From: Planctomycetota bacterium
GTDB lineage: Bacteria; Planctomycetota; Phycisphaerae; UBA1845; PWPN01
DNA: 64,000 bases
NCBI GenBank assembly: GCA_029550525.1
Contig: JAKPHF010000046.1
Location: forward strand, 171,796-235,795
Direction: 5' to 3'
The position numbers were made by a program, and so were the translations under genes. Within the stretch, counting starts at the first letter, position 1. Every line of letters begins with the position of its first letter. Positions 55,452 through 64,000 of the stretch are shown one piece after another. The notes under the pieces are model-generated. The model was not told the origin of the DNA. It saw only the letters and a list, made by a program, of their open reading frames with translations, and made no database searches.

Positions 55452-58223
55452 ATGCCAGATAAACAGACCCAAACGGCGACTGCCAGCGACAAGAAACCGT
55501 CTCGAGGACGTTCCGACGGGATCGCCCTGGTCATCGTCGAGTCGCCGGCCAAAGCCAAGACCATCTCCAAGTACCTGGGGCCTGGCTTCGTCGTCGAATC
55601 CTCCATCGGGCACATCCGCGACCTGCCCTCGACCGCCGCCGAAATTCCGTCCGAATACAAGGACGCCGAGTGGGCTCGTATTGGGGTGGATGTCGCGCAC
55701 GATTTCAAGCCCTTGTACATCGTTCCGGCCAAGAAGAAGGCCCAGGTCAAGAAGCTCAAAGATCTCGTCAAGAAAGCCTCAATGGTCTATCTCGCGACTG
55801 ACGAGGACCGGGAAGGCGAGGCCATCGCCTGGCACCTCATGGAGGAACTGAAGCCCAAGGTGCCGGTCAAGCGGATGGTGTTCGACGAGATCACCCGCAA
55901 CGCGATTCAGGCCGCCCTGGCCAATCCGCGCGACCTCGATCAACAGTTGGTCAACGCCCAGGAAGCCCGGCGCATCCTCGATCGGTTGTACGGCTACGAG
56001 GTTTCGCCTGTTCTGTGGCGAAAGGTCGGTCCCAAGCTTTCGGCCGGCCGCGTGCAATCGGTGGCGACCCGACTTATCGTCGATCGCGAACGCGAACGCA
56101 TGCGCTTCGTCAGCTCCGAATACTGGGATGTCGAAGCGACACTCCGGCTGACTGGAGGCCCGGCCGACCCGATGCTGACCCGGCTGGTGGAACTGCAGGG
56201 CAAACGGGTCGCGACCGGCAAAGATTTCAACGAACAGGGCCGATTCACCGGCGAAGGATCCGCCATTGCTCTCGACGGTGTAGCCGCTCGATCCGTCGCC
56301 GATGAACTGCAGTCGGCGGTTTTCACCGTCACCGACATCGCCGAGAAGCCGTTCACGCAACGCGCGCATCCGCCGTTCATTACTTCGACGCTACAGCAAG
56401 AGGCTGCTCGTAAGCTGCGCTACCCGGTGGCCCGGACCATGCGGCTGGCCCAGAGCCTGTATGAGAACGGCTACATCACCTATATGCGTACGGACTCGAC
56501 CCACCTGTCCACGCAAGCGATCCATGCCGCCCGGACACAGGTGGCTGAGTTGTACGGGCCGGACTACCTGCCCGCCCAGCCGAAGATCTACGCCACCAAG
56601 GCCAAGGGTGCCCAGGAAGCCCACGAGGCCATTCGGCCGGCGGGTGAAGTCTTCCGCACTCCTCAGGAAGTCCGAGGAGAATTGGACGACGACGCTTACG
56701 CCCTCTACGACCTCATCTGGAAGCGCACCGTCGCCTGCCAGATGAAAGACGCCATCGGCCAGCGGACGACCGTGCGCATCGACGCGCCCACTCGCAGCCA
56801 CGGCACTGCCACGTTCACCGTCTCTGGAAAGGTCATCACCTTCCCGGGCTTCTTGCGAGCCTACGTCCAGGGCGCTGACGATCCCGACGCCGAACTCGAA
56901 GATCAGGAGCGCGTGCTGCCCGCCATGAAGCGCGGCGACCGGCTCGATCCGGTCAAGATCGAACCGCGTCAACACGCCACCACGCCGCCGGCGCGGTTCA
57001 CCGAAGCGAGCCTCATCAAGGAATTGGAAGATCGCGGCATCGGCCGGCCTTCCACCTACGCCAGCATCATCCAGACCATCCAGGACCGGGGTTACGTGTG
57101 GAAGAAAGGTACCGCCCTGGTCCCCACGTTCACCGCGTTCGCCGTGGTGAACCTGCTCGAGTCGCACTTCACCGATCTGGTCGACTTCGAGTTCACAGCC
57201 CGGATGGAGAACGATCTCGACGCCATCGCCTCCGGAAAGCTCGAGCCCAAGCCGTGGCTGCACGTTTTCTATTTCGGCAAGAGCGACGGGTCCAACGGCC
57301 AGGAAGACATCGGCCACGTCGGACTCAAGCGGCGAATCGGCAGCGGCTGGGAGGAGATCGATGCCCGCAAGGTGTCCACCATCGAACTGGGCACCGACGA
57401 GAACGGTCAGACGATCGCCGCCCGGATCGGCCGCTACGGACCGTACATTCAGGTGGGCGACTCCGAAATCCGAGCCAATATCCCCGAGGATATCGCTCCC
57501 GACGAGTTGAGCCTCGAGCGGGCCAAGAGCCTGCTCGCTCAGGCGGCCACCGGCGACCGCGTGCTGGGCCACGATCCGGCTACCGGCAAGCCCGTGTTCC
57601 TCAAGAAAGGCCGCTTCGGTCCCTACGTGCAGCTCGGCGAAGCCGAACGGACCGAGTCGGGCAAGCTCAAGCGCGGCGGCAAGCCCAAGATGGCCAGTCT
57701 CTGGCCGTCCATGTCCGAGCAGACCATCACGCTCGACGAGGCGCTGATGCTTCTGTCGTTCCCGCGGGTCATCGGTCAACACCCCGACACCGGTGAAGAG
57801 ATCACTGTCCAGGACGGCAAGTACGGCCCCTACCTCAAGTGCGGCGAGGAGACGCGCAGCCTCGAGAATCACGAGCAACTGCGGTCGATCGATCTGGCCG
57901 GGGCGCTCGAACTGCTTGCGCAACCCAAGAAAGGCCGTCGTGGCGGCCCCGCCCGCGGCACGTCCATCGAACTCGGCGTGCACCCGGAGTCCGGCGCCAA
58001 GCTTCAGATCAAGAGCGGCCGATTCGGTCCCTACGTGACCGACGGTGTCGTGAACGCATCCGTTCCCAAGGGCACCGATCCTGCCACGCTCACCGTCGAT
58101 CGGGCGGTCGAACTGTTGAAGGCTCGCGAAGCCAAGCTCATCGAGCAAGGCAAGGATCCCCGCGCGCCCAAACCGGAAAAAGCCAAGCGCTCCAGCCGCA
58201 AGAAGCCGGCCGGCCAGAGCTGA
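55452..58223 (+). CDS. topA: DNA topoisomerase I (type IA)
   Basis: Internal ATG at 55452. TOPRIM LVIVESPAKAKTISKYLG...SIGHIRDLP, DEDREGEAI, and active-site region YITYMRTDS. The C-terminus has four G[RK][FY]GPY repeats and a Lys-rich tail instead of zinc fingers. Confidence 0.93.
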   Translation: MPDKQTQTATASDKKPSRGRSDGIALVIVESPAKAKTISKYLGPGFVVESSIGHIRDLPSTAAEIPSEYKDAEWARIGVDVAHDFKPLYIVPAKKKAQVKKLKDLVKKASMVYLATDEDREGEAIAWHLMEELKPKVPVKRMVFDEITRNAIQAALANPRDLDQQLVNAQEARRILDRLYGYEVSPVLWRKVGPKLSAGRVQSVATRLIVDRERERMRFVSSEYWDVEATLRLTGGPADPMLTRLVELQGKRVATGKDFNEQGRFTGEGSAIALDGVAARSVADELQSAVFTVTDIAEKPFTQRAHPPFITSTLQQEAARKLRYPVARTMRLAQSLYENGYITYMRTDSTHLSTQAIHAARTQVAELYGPDYLPAQPKIYATKAKGAQEAHEAIRPAGEVFRTPQEVRGELDDDAYALYDLIWKRTVACQMKDAIGQRTTVRIDAPTRSHGTATFTVSGKVITFPGFLRAYVQGADDPDAELEDQERVLPAMKRGDRLDPVKIEPRQHATTPPARFTEASLIKELEDRGIGRPSTYASIIQTIQDRGYVWKKGTALVPTFTAFAVVNLLESHFTDLVDFEFTARMENDLDAIASGKLEPKPWLHVFYFGKSDGSNGQEDIGHVGLKRRIGSGWEEIDARKVSTIELGTDENGQTIAARIGRYGPYIQVGDSEIRANIPEDIAPDELSLERAKSLLAQAATGDRVLGHDPATGKPVFLKKGRFGPYVQLGEAERTESGKLKRGGKPKMASLWPSMSEQTITLDEALMLLSFPRVIGQHPDTGEEITVQDGKYGPYLKCGEETRSLENHEQLRSIDLAGALELLAQPKKGRRGGPARGTSIELGVHPESGAKLQIKSGRFGPYVTDGVVNASVPKGTDPATLTVDRAVELLKAREAKLIEQGKDPRAPKPEKAKRSSRKKPAGQS

Positions 58224-58259
58224 TTCGCCCCAACCGCGCGGCAGTGATGCCGGTGCCAG

Positions 58260-58520
58260 ATGCCGGAGCGCAACACGATGGTCACGCGCGCACGCCCCCC
58301 CCCCGCACACATTCGATGATTTCCTCGAGTTTGGAGCATTGATCCCGACGAGAAGCGGGCGACCTTCCTGATCAGAGAGCCCGACGGGTTTGTCGATGCA
58401 ACTCCCCAGTACGGCACGTTTGCCAGCCGCGTGCTCCCGGGTCTGAAGCTGGAAACGCAGTGGCTTTGGCAACGACCGTTGCCGTCAACGCTGGGCATCA
58501 TCACCTCGCTGCTTGCCTGA
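58260..58520 (+). pseudogene. Remnant of a Uma2-family (DUF820) endonuclease gene
   Basis: The frame-0 reading FPRVWSIDPDEKRATFLIREPDGFVDATPQYGTFASRVLPGLKLETQWLW resembles the conserved C-terminal half of Uma2 proteins (..EYWIVDP....v.v......Y.........S.vLPGl.l....lf). It is preceded by an in-frame TGA (58317) and a C10 tract. There is no room for the N-terminal ~100 aa. Confidence 0.4.
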
Positions 58521-59239
58521 ACAACTCGCCATCCCTGACCTGAATGCGCGTGGAGACGCGGCATAGTAGCACGGATAGGACCGCTGCCACGGATGAACAA
58601 AGAAGAAGATATCGGTCTGCACTTCTGAGCCATGCCACTTCTCGTGTGCACCATAAGTGTCCGAAATACGTCACACCATCAGGGATCCACTGATGCATTG
58701 CGTAAGGGTTTAGATTTCCGCGAAAACCTGAGCGATCAGACGGCAATTCCTCCGTTTTCGTGGCTGTAGGCTGCTTTTGCTGAAGATTGGCCGTTTGATC
58801 AGCCGAGCCATGCATGGCCCGCTATAGTATTTCAAAGGGCAGCACTGGAAGCGGTTTCCTTCGCAAAACGTTGCTGCGGCTTCACTTACGACCTGGATTG
58901 GTTGTCTGGGCCATCAGGTGCCACTATGATCGGTTGGGTCCAGTCTGACAGCTCATCGATCCGCCTGGTTCAAGGCGTGCGACGCGCTACACGCGTCCCT
59001 GGCGTTTTGTGCAGGGGCCGTGGTTTGCCGTGCGCGGATCCGTCCTGAACGACTGAACCCGCCTTCAGACGATAACCGGCCGGAACCGGCAGTCCGGCGG
59101 GAGAGAGACTTTCGGCCCGCACTCTTGTCTGCATCGCAGGCATGAGCGTGCAGCCGGCCAGACAAGACGGGTCGTCGCGACGACGTTTCACGGCCGCGGC
59201 CGCCCAGTTCGAAACTGGGACACGAACGAGGTGTACACA

Positions 59240-61300
59240 ATGGCGGACAGAAAAACGATTTTGTCCATTGTCGATTCGACCATCGATCAGAAGCAATTCC
59301 TGAGCCATCACTGGGAAGGCTCATTCAACGACTATCTGGAACTGGTCACGCAAAACCCCGGCGTGGCCCGTAACGCGTTCCAGCGGATCTACGACATGGT
59401 CCTGTACTTCGGGTTCGAGCGGTACACGTACCTCAAGCAGGATTACGTGCGATACCACTTCTTCTCGGATCCGATCGAAAACGGCAAGGATGCCATTTTC
59501 GGGCTGGACGCACCGCTCATGCAGCTCGTCGATTTCTTCAAATCGGCGGCGCACGGCTACGGGACCGACCGCCGCATTCTCCTGCTTCACGGTCCGGTCG
59601 GCTCCAGCAAGAGCACCATCACCCGCCTGCTCAAGAAGGGCCTGGAGTACTACTCCCGGCTCGACGAAGGCGCGTTGTACACCTTCGCCTGGAAACTCGA
59701 GGGCGAGGACGGCCACAAGCACGTCTACCCCTGCCCCATGCACGAAGAGCCGCTCAAGCTGATTCCGGCTGAGGCCCGGCCCGCCGTGCTCAAGACGCTC
59801 AACGCCGACCTGCCGGAAGGCCGTGAGATCCGCATCGAGGGCGATCTCGACCCGTTCTGCCGCAAGAACTTCGAGGATCTGCTCATCAAGTACAACGGCG
59901 ACTGGCGACGGGTCATGGATCACGTGGTGGTTCGCCGCGTCATCCTGTCGGAGAAAGATCGTCGCGGCATCGGCACGTTCCAGCCCAAGGACGAGAAGAA
60001 TCAGGACAGCACCGAACTCACCGGCGACATCAATTATCGCAAGATCGCCGAGTACGGTTCGGACAGCGATCCGCGAGCTTTCAACTTCGACGGCGAACTC
60101 AACATCGCCAATCGCGGGCTCATCGAGTTCATCGAGGTGCTCAAGCTCGACGTGGCGTTTCTCTACGACCTGCTGGGAGCTTCGCAGGAACACGTCATCA
60201 AGCCGAAGAAGTTCGCCCAGACGCCCATCGACGAGGTGATCATCGGGCACACCAATGAACCGGAGTACAAGAAACTCCAGAACAACGAACTCATGGAAGC
60301 GTTCCGCGACCGGACCATCAAGATCGACGTGCCCTACAACACCCGCTTGTCCGACGAAATCCGCATTTACGAGAAGGATTTCGGCAAGCACCGGGTCCGC
60401 GGCGTCCACATCGCGCCTCACACCATCGAGGTGGCGGCCATGTGGGCCGTTCTCACTCGGCTCGAGCCCCCCAAGAAGGCCGGCCTGACGCTCATGCAGA
60501 AGCTCAAGCTGTACAACGGCAAGAGCATCCCCGGCTACACCGAGGACAGCATCCGTGAACTGCGGGCGGAAGCCCCCCGTGAGGGCATGCAGGGCATCAG
60601 CCCGCGATACATTCAGGACAAAATCTCCAACTGCCTGGTCAGCGACACCGCCATGCAGGACCGGACCATCAACCCGTTCATGCTGCTGAATGAGCTGGAG
60701 GCCGGCCTGAGCCATCACAGCCTGATCAGCGACGAGGAGATCAAAAAGCATTACCGGGAGTTGCTCAACGTGGTACGCGAGGAATACGAGGACATCGTCA
60801 AGACGGAGGTCCAGCGGGCCATCAGCGCCGACGAGGACGCCATCAAGCGCCTCTGCGCCAACTACATCGAGAACGTGCGGGCCTACACCCAGCACGAGAA
60901 GGTCCGCAACAAGTACACCGGCCGCGACGAGGAGCCCGACGAGCGCCTCATGCGAAGCATCGAGGAGAAGATCGACATCCCGGATTCCCGGAAGGACGAC
61001 TTCCGGCAGGAGATCATGAACTACATCGGCTCGCTCGCCCTGGACGGCAAGAAGTTCGAGTACCAGACCAACGCCCGGCTGCAAAAGGCTTTGGAACTCA
61101 AGCTGTTCGAGGATCAGCGGGATACAATCAAGCTCAAGAACGTCGTCAGCGGAGTCGTCGATGATGAGACGCAGGCCAAGATCGACGTGGTCAAGCAGCG
61201 GCTCATCAAGTACTTCGGCTACAACGAGACCAGTGCCACCGACGTGCTCAACTTCGTGGCCAGCATCTTCGCCCGCGGCGACAGCAAGCAGGAGGACTAA
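59240..61300 (+). CDS. prkA: PrkA family serine protein kinase (AAA+ type)
   Basis: ATG at 59240 follows GAGG. N-terminus [15 protein letters not shown]...[11 protein letters not shown], Walker [14 protein letters not shown], and a length (~686 aa) typical of PrkA/YeaG. Confidence 0.9.
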   Translation: MADRKTILSIVDSTIDQKQFLSHHWEGSFNDYLELVTQNPGVARNAFQRIYDMVLYFGFERYTYLKQDYVRYHFFSDPIENGKDAIFGLDAPLMQLVDFFKSAAHGYGTDRRILLLHGPVGSSKSTITRLLKKGLEYYSRLDEGALYTFAWKLEGEDGHKHVYPCPMHEEPLKLIPAEARPAVLKTLNADLPEGREIRIEGDLDPFCRKNFEDLLIKYNGDWRRVMDHVVVRRVILSEKDRRGIGTFQPKDEKNQDSTELTGDINYRKIAEYGSDSDPRAFNFDGELNIANRGLIEFIEVLKLDVAFLYDLLGASQEHVIKPKKFAQTPIDEVIIGHTNEPEYKKLQNNELMEAFRDRTIKIDVPYNTRLSDEIRIYEKDFGKHRVRGVHIAPHTIEVAAMWAVLTRLEPPKKAGLTLMQKLKLYNGKSIPGYTEDSIRELRAEAPREGMQGISPRYIQDKISNCLVSDTAMQDRTINPFMLLNELEAGLSHHSLISDEEIKKHYRELLNVVREEYEDIVKTEVQRAISADEDAIKRLCANYIENVRAYTQHEKVRNKYTGRDEEPDERLMRSIEEKIDIPDSRKDDFRQEIMNYIGSLALDGKKFEYQTNARLQKALELKLFEDQRDTIKLKNVVSGVVDDETQAKIDVVKQRLIKYFGYNETSATDVLNFVASIFARGDSKQED

Positions 61301-61301
61301 C

Positions 61302-61326
61302 GGGGGGCGGGCGTCTCGCCCGCCTC
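61302..61326. repeat. 25-nt GC hairpin element, copy 2 (2 nt after the prkA stop)
   Basis: Identical 25-mer GGGGGGCGGGCGTCTCGCCCGCCTC. Confidence 0.85.
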
Positions 61327-61354
61327 AATCCCCGTGCTGACCGCGGACAACGGG

Positions 61355-61378
61355 CAACTGACCACTGACAACTGACAG
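61355..61378. repeat. Heptamer array (CAACTGA CCACTGA CAACTGA) just upstream of the yeaH start
   Basis: Three exact-period units followed by CAGGT-ATG. The unit ACTGACA is one mismatch from the GCTGACA units seen elsewhere. Confidence 0.75.
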
Positions 61379-61380
61379 GT

Positions 61381-62481
61381 ATGCTACTGAAGATCCAAAA
61401 AGACCATCAACGCTTCCGCCAGATCGTCAAAGGACGAATCCGGGAGGATCTGCGCAAATTCATCACGCGCGGTGAGTTGATCGGCAAGGAAGGCAAACAC
61501 CTGATCAGCATTCCCGTGCGAGGCATCGACATCCCCAACTTCCGTTACGGAGACAACTCCGACACGGGCGTCGGAGCGGGCGACGGCAAGCCGGGTGATG
61601 AAGTCGACGCCAACGGCGAAGGCATCGGCCCCGGCGGCACGGAACCCGGCCAGCACCTGCTCGAGGTGGACATCACGCTGGACGAACTTGCCGACATCCT
61701 CGGCGAGGAACTGCGGCTGCCTCGTATCAAACCCAAGGGCCGACACTCGTTGACCAGCCAAAAGGATCGCTACAGCGGCGTCCGTCAGGCCGGCCCCGAG
61801 TCGCTCCGCCACTTCAAGCGGACGTTCCGCCGGGCCTTGAGACGTCAGATTATCAGCGGCGTGTACGACCCCGAGCGGCCGCGGATCATCTTCGAGCGTG
61901 CCGACAAGGTCTACCGCAGTTGGAAAACCATTCTCCAGCCCCAGTCCAATGCCGTCATCATCTACATGATGGACATCTCGGGCTCCATGGGCGACGAACA
62001 GAAGGAGCTCGTGCGGCTGGAGGCGTTCTGGATCGACGCCTGGCTCCGCCGCAACTATCAGGGGGTGGAAAGCCGCTACATCGTTCACGACGTGCGGGCG
62101 GCCGAGGTGGACCGCCACACCTTCTTCCACCTCCGCGAGGATGGGGGCACCAAGATCAGCAGCGCGTTCAAGTGTGCCCAGGAGATGCTCAAGAGTCATT
62201 ACGCCTCGGATGAGTGGAACATCTACCTGTTCCACTTCTCCGACGGCGACAACAGCAGCGAGTCTGACAACCGCGACTGCTGCCGCATTCTCCGCGAGGA
62301 TCTCCTGCCCCACGTGAACATGTTCGGATACTGCCAGGTGGCCAGCGCCTACGGCAGCGGGAACTTCATCAACGTGCTGCACGACTATCTGCACGACGAT
62401 GAGAGAGTGATTACCACCCGGGTCAACGGGAAGGATGATATTTACGACAGTATCAAGAGTTTCTTTGCGCCCGGAAAGTGA
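61381..62481 (+). CDS. yeaH: YeaH/YhbH family protein (DUF444, vWA-like)
   Basis: N-terminus DHQRFRQIVKGRIREDLRKFI and the vWA-type region IIYMMDISGSMG...LFHFSDGDN. It holds the conserved position between prkA and spoVR. Confidence 0.85.
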   Translation: MLLKIQKDHQRFRQIVKGRIREDLRKFITRGELIGKEGKHLISIPVRGIDIPNFRYGDNSDTGVGAGDGKPGDEVDANGEGIGPGGTEPGQHLLEVDITLDELADILGEELRLPRIKPKGRHSLTSQKDRYSGVRQAGPESLRHFKRTFRRALRRQIISGVYDPERPRIIFERADKVYRSWKTILQPQSNAVIIYMMDISGSMGDEQKELVRLEAFWIDAWLRRNYQGVESRYIVHDVRAAEVDRHTFFHLREDGGTKISSAFKCAQEMLKSHYASDEWNIYLFHFSDGDNSSESDNRDCCRILREDLLPHVNMFGYCQVASAYGSGNFINVLHDYLHDDERVITTRVNGKDDIYDSIKSFFAPGK

Positions 62482-62532
62482 TCCCGACCGGCGAACCGCG
62501 CGCCGCGGCCAACCGGCGGATCACTACAACGG

Positions 62533-64000
62533 ATGACCAACAGACTCATGTACAGAGCCTTGCCCCGAGAGATTGCCGAGCAGATCGAGACCATCGCCGG
62601 GTACGCCCGCGACGAGGGCCTGGACTTTTACGAGACCGTCTTCGAACTACTCGACTTTGACCAGATGAACCAGGTGGCGGCCTACGGCGGATTCCCCCAA
62701 CGCTACCCTCACTGGCGGTTCGGGATGGAATACGAGCGACTGCGCAAGACGCACTCGTACGGCCTGGGCAAGATCTACGAGATGGTCATCAACAACGACC
62801 CCTGCTACGCCTACCTGCTGAACGACAATGACCTCGTCGACCACAAGACGGTCATCGCCCACGTATACGGCCACTGCGATTTCTTCAAGAACAACATCTG
62901 GTTCCAGCACACCAACCGCCGCATGATGGACGAGATGGCCAACCATGCCACCCGCATCCGGCGGTACATCGACCGCTACGGCTTCGACGAGGTTGAGGAG
63001 TTCCTCGATGTCTGCCTCACCATGGAGGACCTCATCGACCCGCACAGCGTGTTCATGCGCCGAATGCCTCATGAGCATCCGACCAACATGCCGCGGCCCC
63101 GGCACATCGAGGAAGAGGTCGTGCGTTACCCGGCCAAGCGCTACATGGACCGGTTCATCAACCCGCCCGAAAGACTGGCCCGCGAGCGCGAACGGCTCCG
63201 CCGCGATCATGAGAAGGACCGCAAGGCCGAGCCGCCCAAGCCTGTTCGCGACGTCCTGCTCTATCTCCTGGAGAACGCCCCTCTGGAGGACTGGCAGTCC
63301 GACATCCTGTCCATCATCCGCGAAGAGGCCTACTACTACGCCCCCCAGGGCCAGACCAAGATCATGAACGAGGGCTGGGCGACATATTGGCACTCGACCA
63401 TCATGACCCGCTACTGCCTCCGCGACGACGAGGTGGTCACCTACTGCGACCACCACTCCGGAACCGTCGCCACGTCGCCGGGCCGGCTCAACCCCTACAA
63501 ACTGGGGCTCGAACTGTTCCGCGACATCGAGGAACGCTGGGATCTGGGCCGCTATGGCAAGGAGTACGAGAGTCTGGAGGACATCGAGGCCCGCCGAAAC
63601 TGGAACAAGGACCGCAAGCGTCCTCAACGGGTCAAGGGCAAGGAGTCGCCGGGGCGCGAAAAGATCTTCGACATCCGCCGCATCTACAACGACGTGACCT
63701 TCGTCGACGAGTTCCTCACGCCCGAACTGGTGGACCGCCTGAACCTGTATCACTATCGCTACGACCCCAACACCCGCCGCATGGTGGTGGTCAACCGCGA
63801 CTTCGACAAGATCAAGCAGCAGCTACTGTTCTCGCTCAGCAACTACGGCCGGCCTTACATCTACGTGCTGGACGGCAACTACGCCAATCGCGGCGAACTG
63901 TACCTCGGCCACAAGCACAACGGCGTGGACCTCCAGATCCGCTACGCCATCGAGACCCTCAAGAACGTCTACCGGATCTGGCAGCGGCCCGTACACCTAC
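62533..64000 (+). CDS. spoVR: SpoVR/YcgB family protein (3' end beyond the window)
   Basis: Not in the ORF track because no stop occurs before base 64000. My own translation from ATG 62533 gives MTNRLMYRALPREIAEQIETIAGYARDEGLDFYETVFELLDFDQMNQVAAYGGFPQRYPHWRFGMEYERL...KIYEMVINNDPCYAYLL...VIAHVYGHCDFFKNN, which is diagnostic of SpoVR. Confidence 0.85.
   Translation, partial: MTNRLMYRALPREIAEQIETIAGYARDEGLDFYETVFELLDFDQMNQVAAYGGFPQRYPHWRFGMEYERLRKTHSYGLGKIYEMVINNDPCYAYLLNDNDLVDHKTVIAHVYGHCDFFKNNIWFQHTNRRMMDEMANHATRIRRYIDRYGFDEVEEFLDVCLTMEDLIDPHSVFMRRMPHEHPTNMPRPRHIEEEVVRYPAKRYMDRFINPPERLARERERLRRDHEKDRKAEPPKPVRDVLLYLLENAPLEDWQSDILSIIREEAYYYAPQGQTKIMNEGWATYWHSTIMTRYCLRDDEVVTYCDHHSGTVATSPGRLNPYKLGLELFRDIEERWDLGRYGKEYESLEDIEARRNWNKDRKRPQRVKGKESPGREKIFDIRRIYNDVTFVDEFLTPELVDRLNLYHYRYDPNTRRMVVVNRDFDKIKQQLLFSLSNYGRPYIYVLDGNYANRGELYLGHKHNGVDLQIRYAIETLKNVYRIWQRPVHL

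Noticed and set aside
58501-58815. The 104-aa minus-strand ORF downstream of topA as a gene.
   Set aside because: It overlaps the Uma2-like remnant's 3' end and has no SD or recognisable motif. It lies in what looks like decayed lower-GC DNA, so it is kept only as context in a finding.

Overview
GC-rich chromosomal segment. The gene content looks like Planctomycetota, possibly Phycisphaerae-like; that is an inference from PEP-CTERM and thrombospondin-type-3 repeat proteins, TAT-signal Gfo/Idh/MocA oxidoreductases with xylose-isomerase-like TIM-barrel partners, type III glutamine synthetase and a zinc-ribbon-bearing SpoVG. I support about 48 protein genes, 2 gene remnants or frameshifted genes and 1 tRNA-Ala(GGC). 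Most are housekeeping: truD, panE, trpS, dgt-like, ispE, spoVG, rsmB, infA, glnN, thiE, ribBA, topA. Interspersed are envelope and signalling genes: an ECF sigma/anti-sigma pair, an HDOD-GGDEF protein, two divergent paralogous hybrid histidine kinases, a giant AsmA-like protein, a PpiD-like chaperone, and the prkA-yeaH-spoVR module, which runs off the right edge. No CRISPR array, rRNA, intact transposase or prophage was seen. The most unusual signal is non-coding. At least 12 intergenic sites carry short tandem arrays with an exact 7-bp period. Most are built on an AGCT core, and others use CGAATGN, GRAGWCA or CTCAAGY units. Five of them start within 0-2 nt of a stop codon, always with the same polarity relative to the upstream gene, and some occur as inverted arm pairs. 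They resemble cyanobacterial STRR heptamer repeats; I do not know of them in this kind of genome. Other points of interest: an identical 25-nt GC hairpin at two gene ends; a roughly 700-bp ORF-free gap with a minus-strand terminator (candidate ncRNA); a CMD/AhpD-like gene broken by a compensating -1/+1 frameshift pair at homopolymers; decayed Uma2 and TlpA-like remnants; and long C/G homopolymer tracts. Start codons were re-derived from the ORF track and the sequence. No database search or computation was possible.
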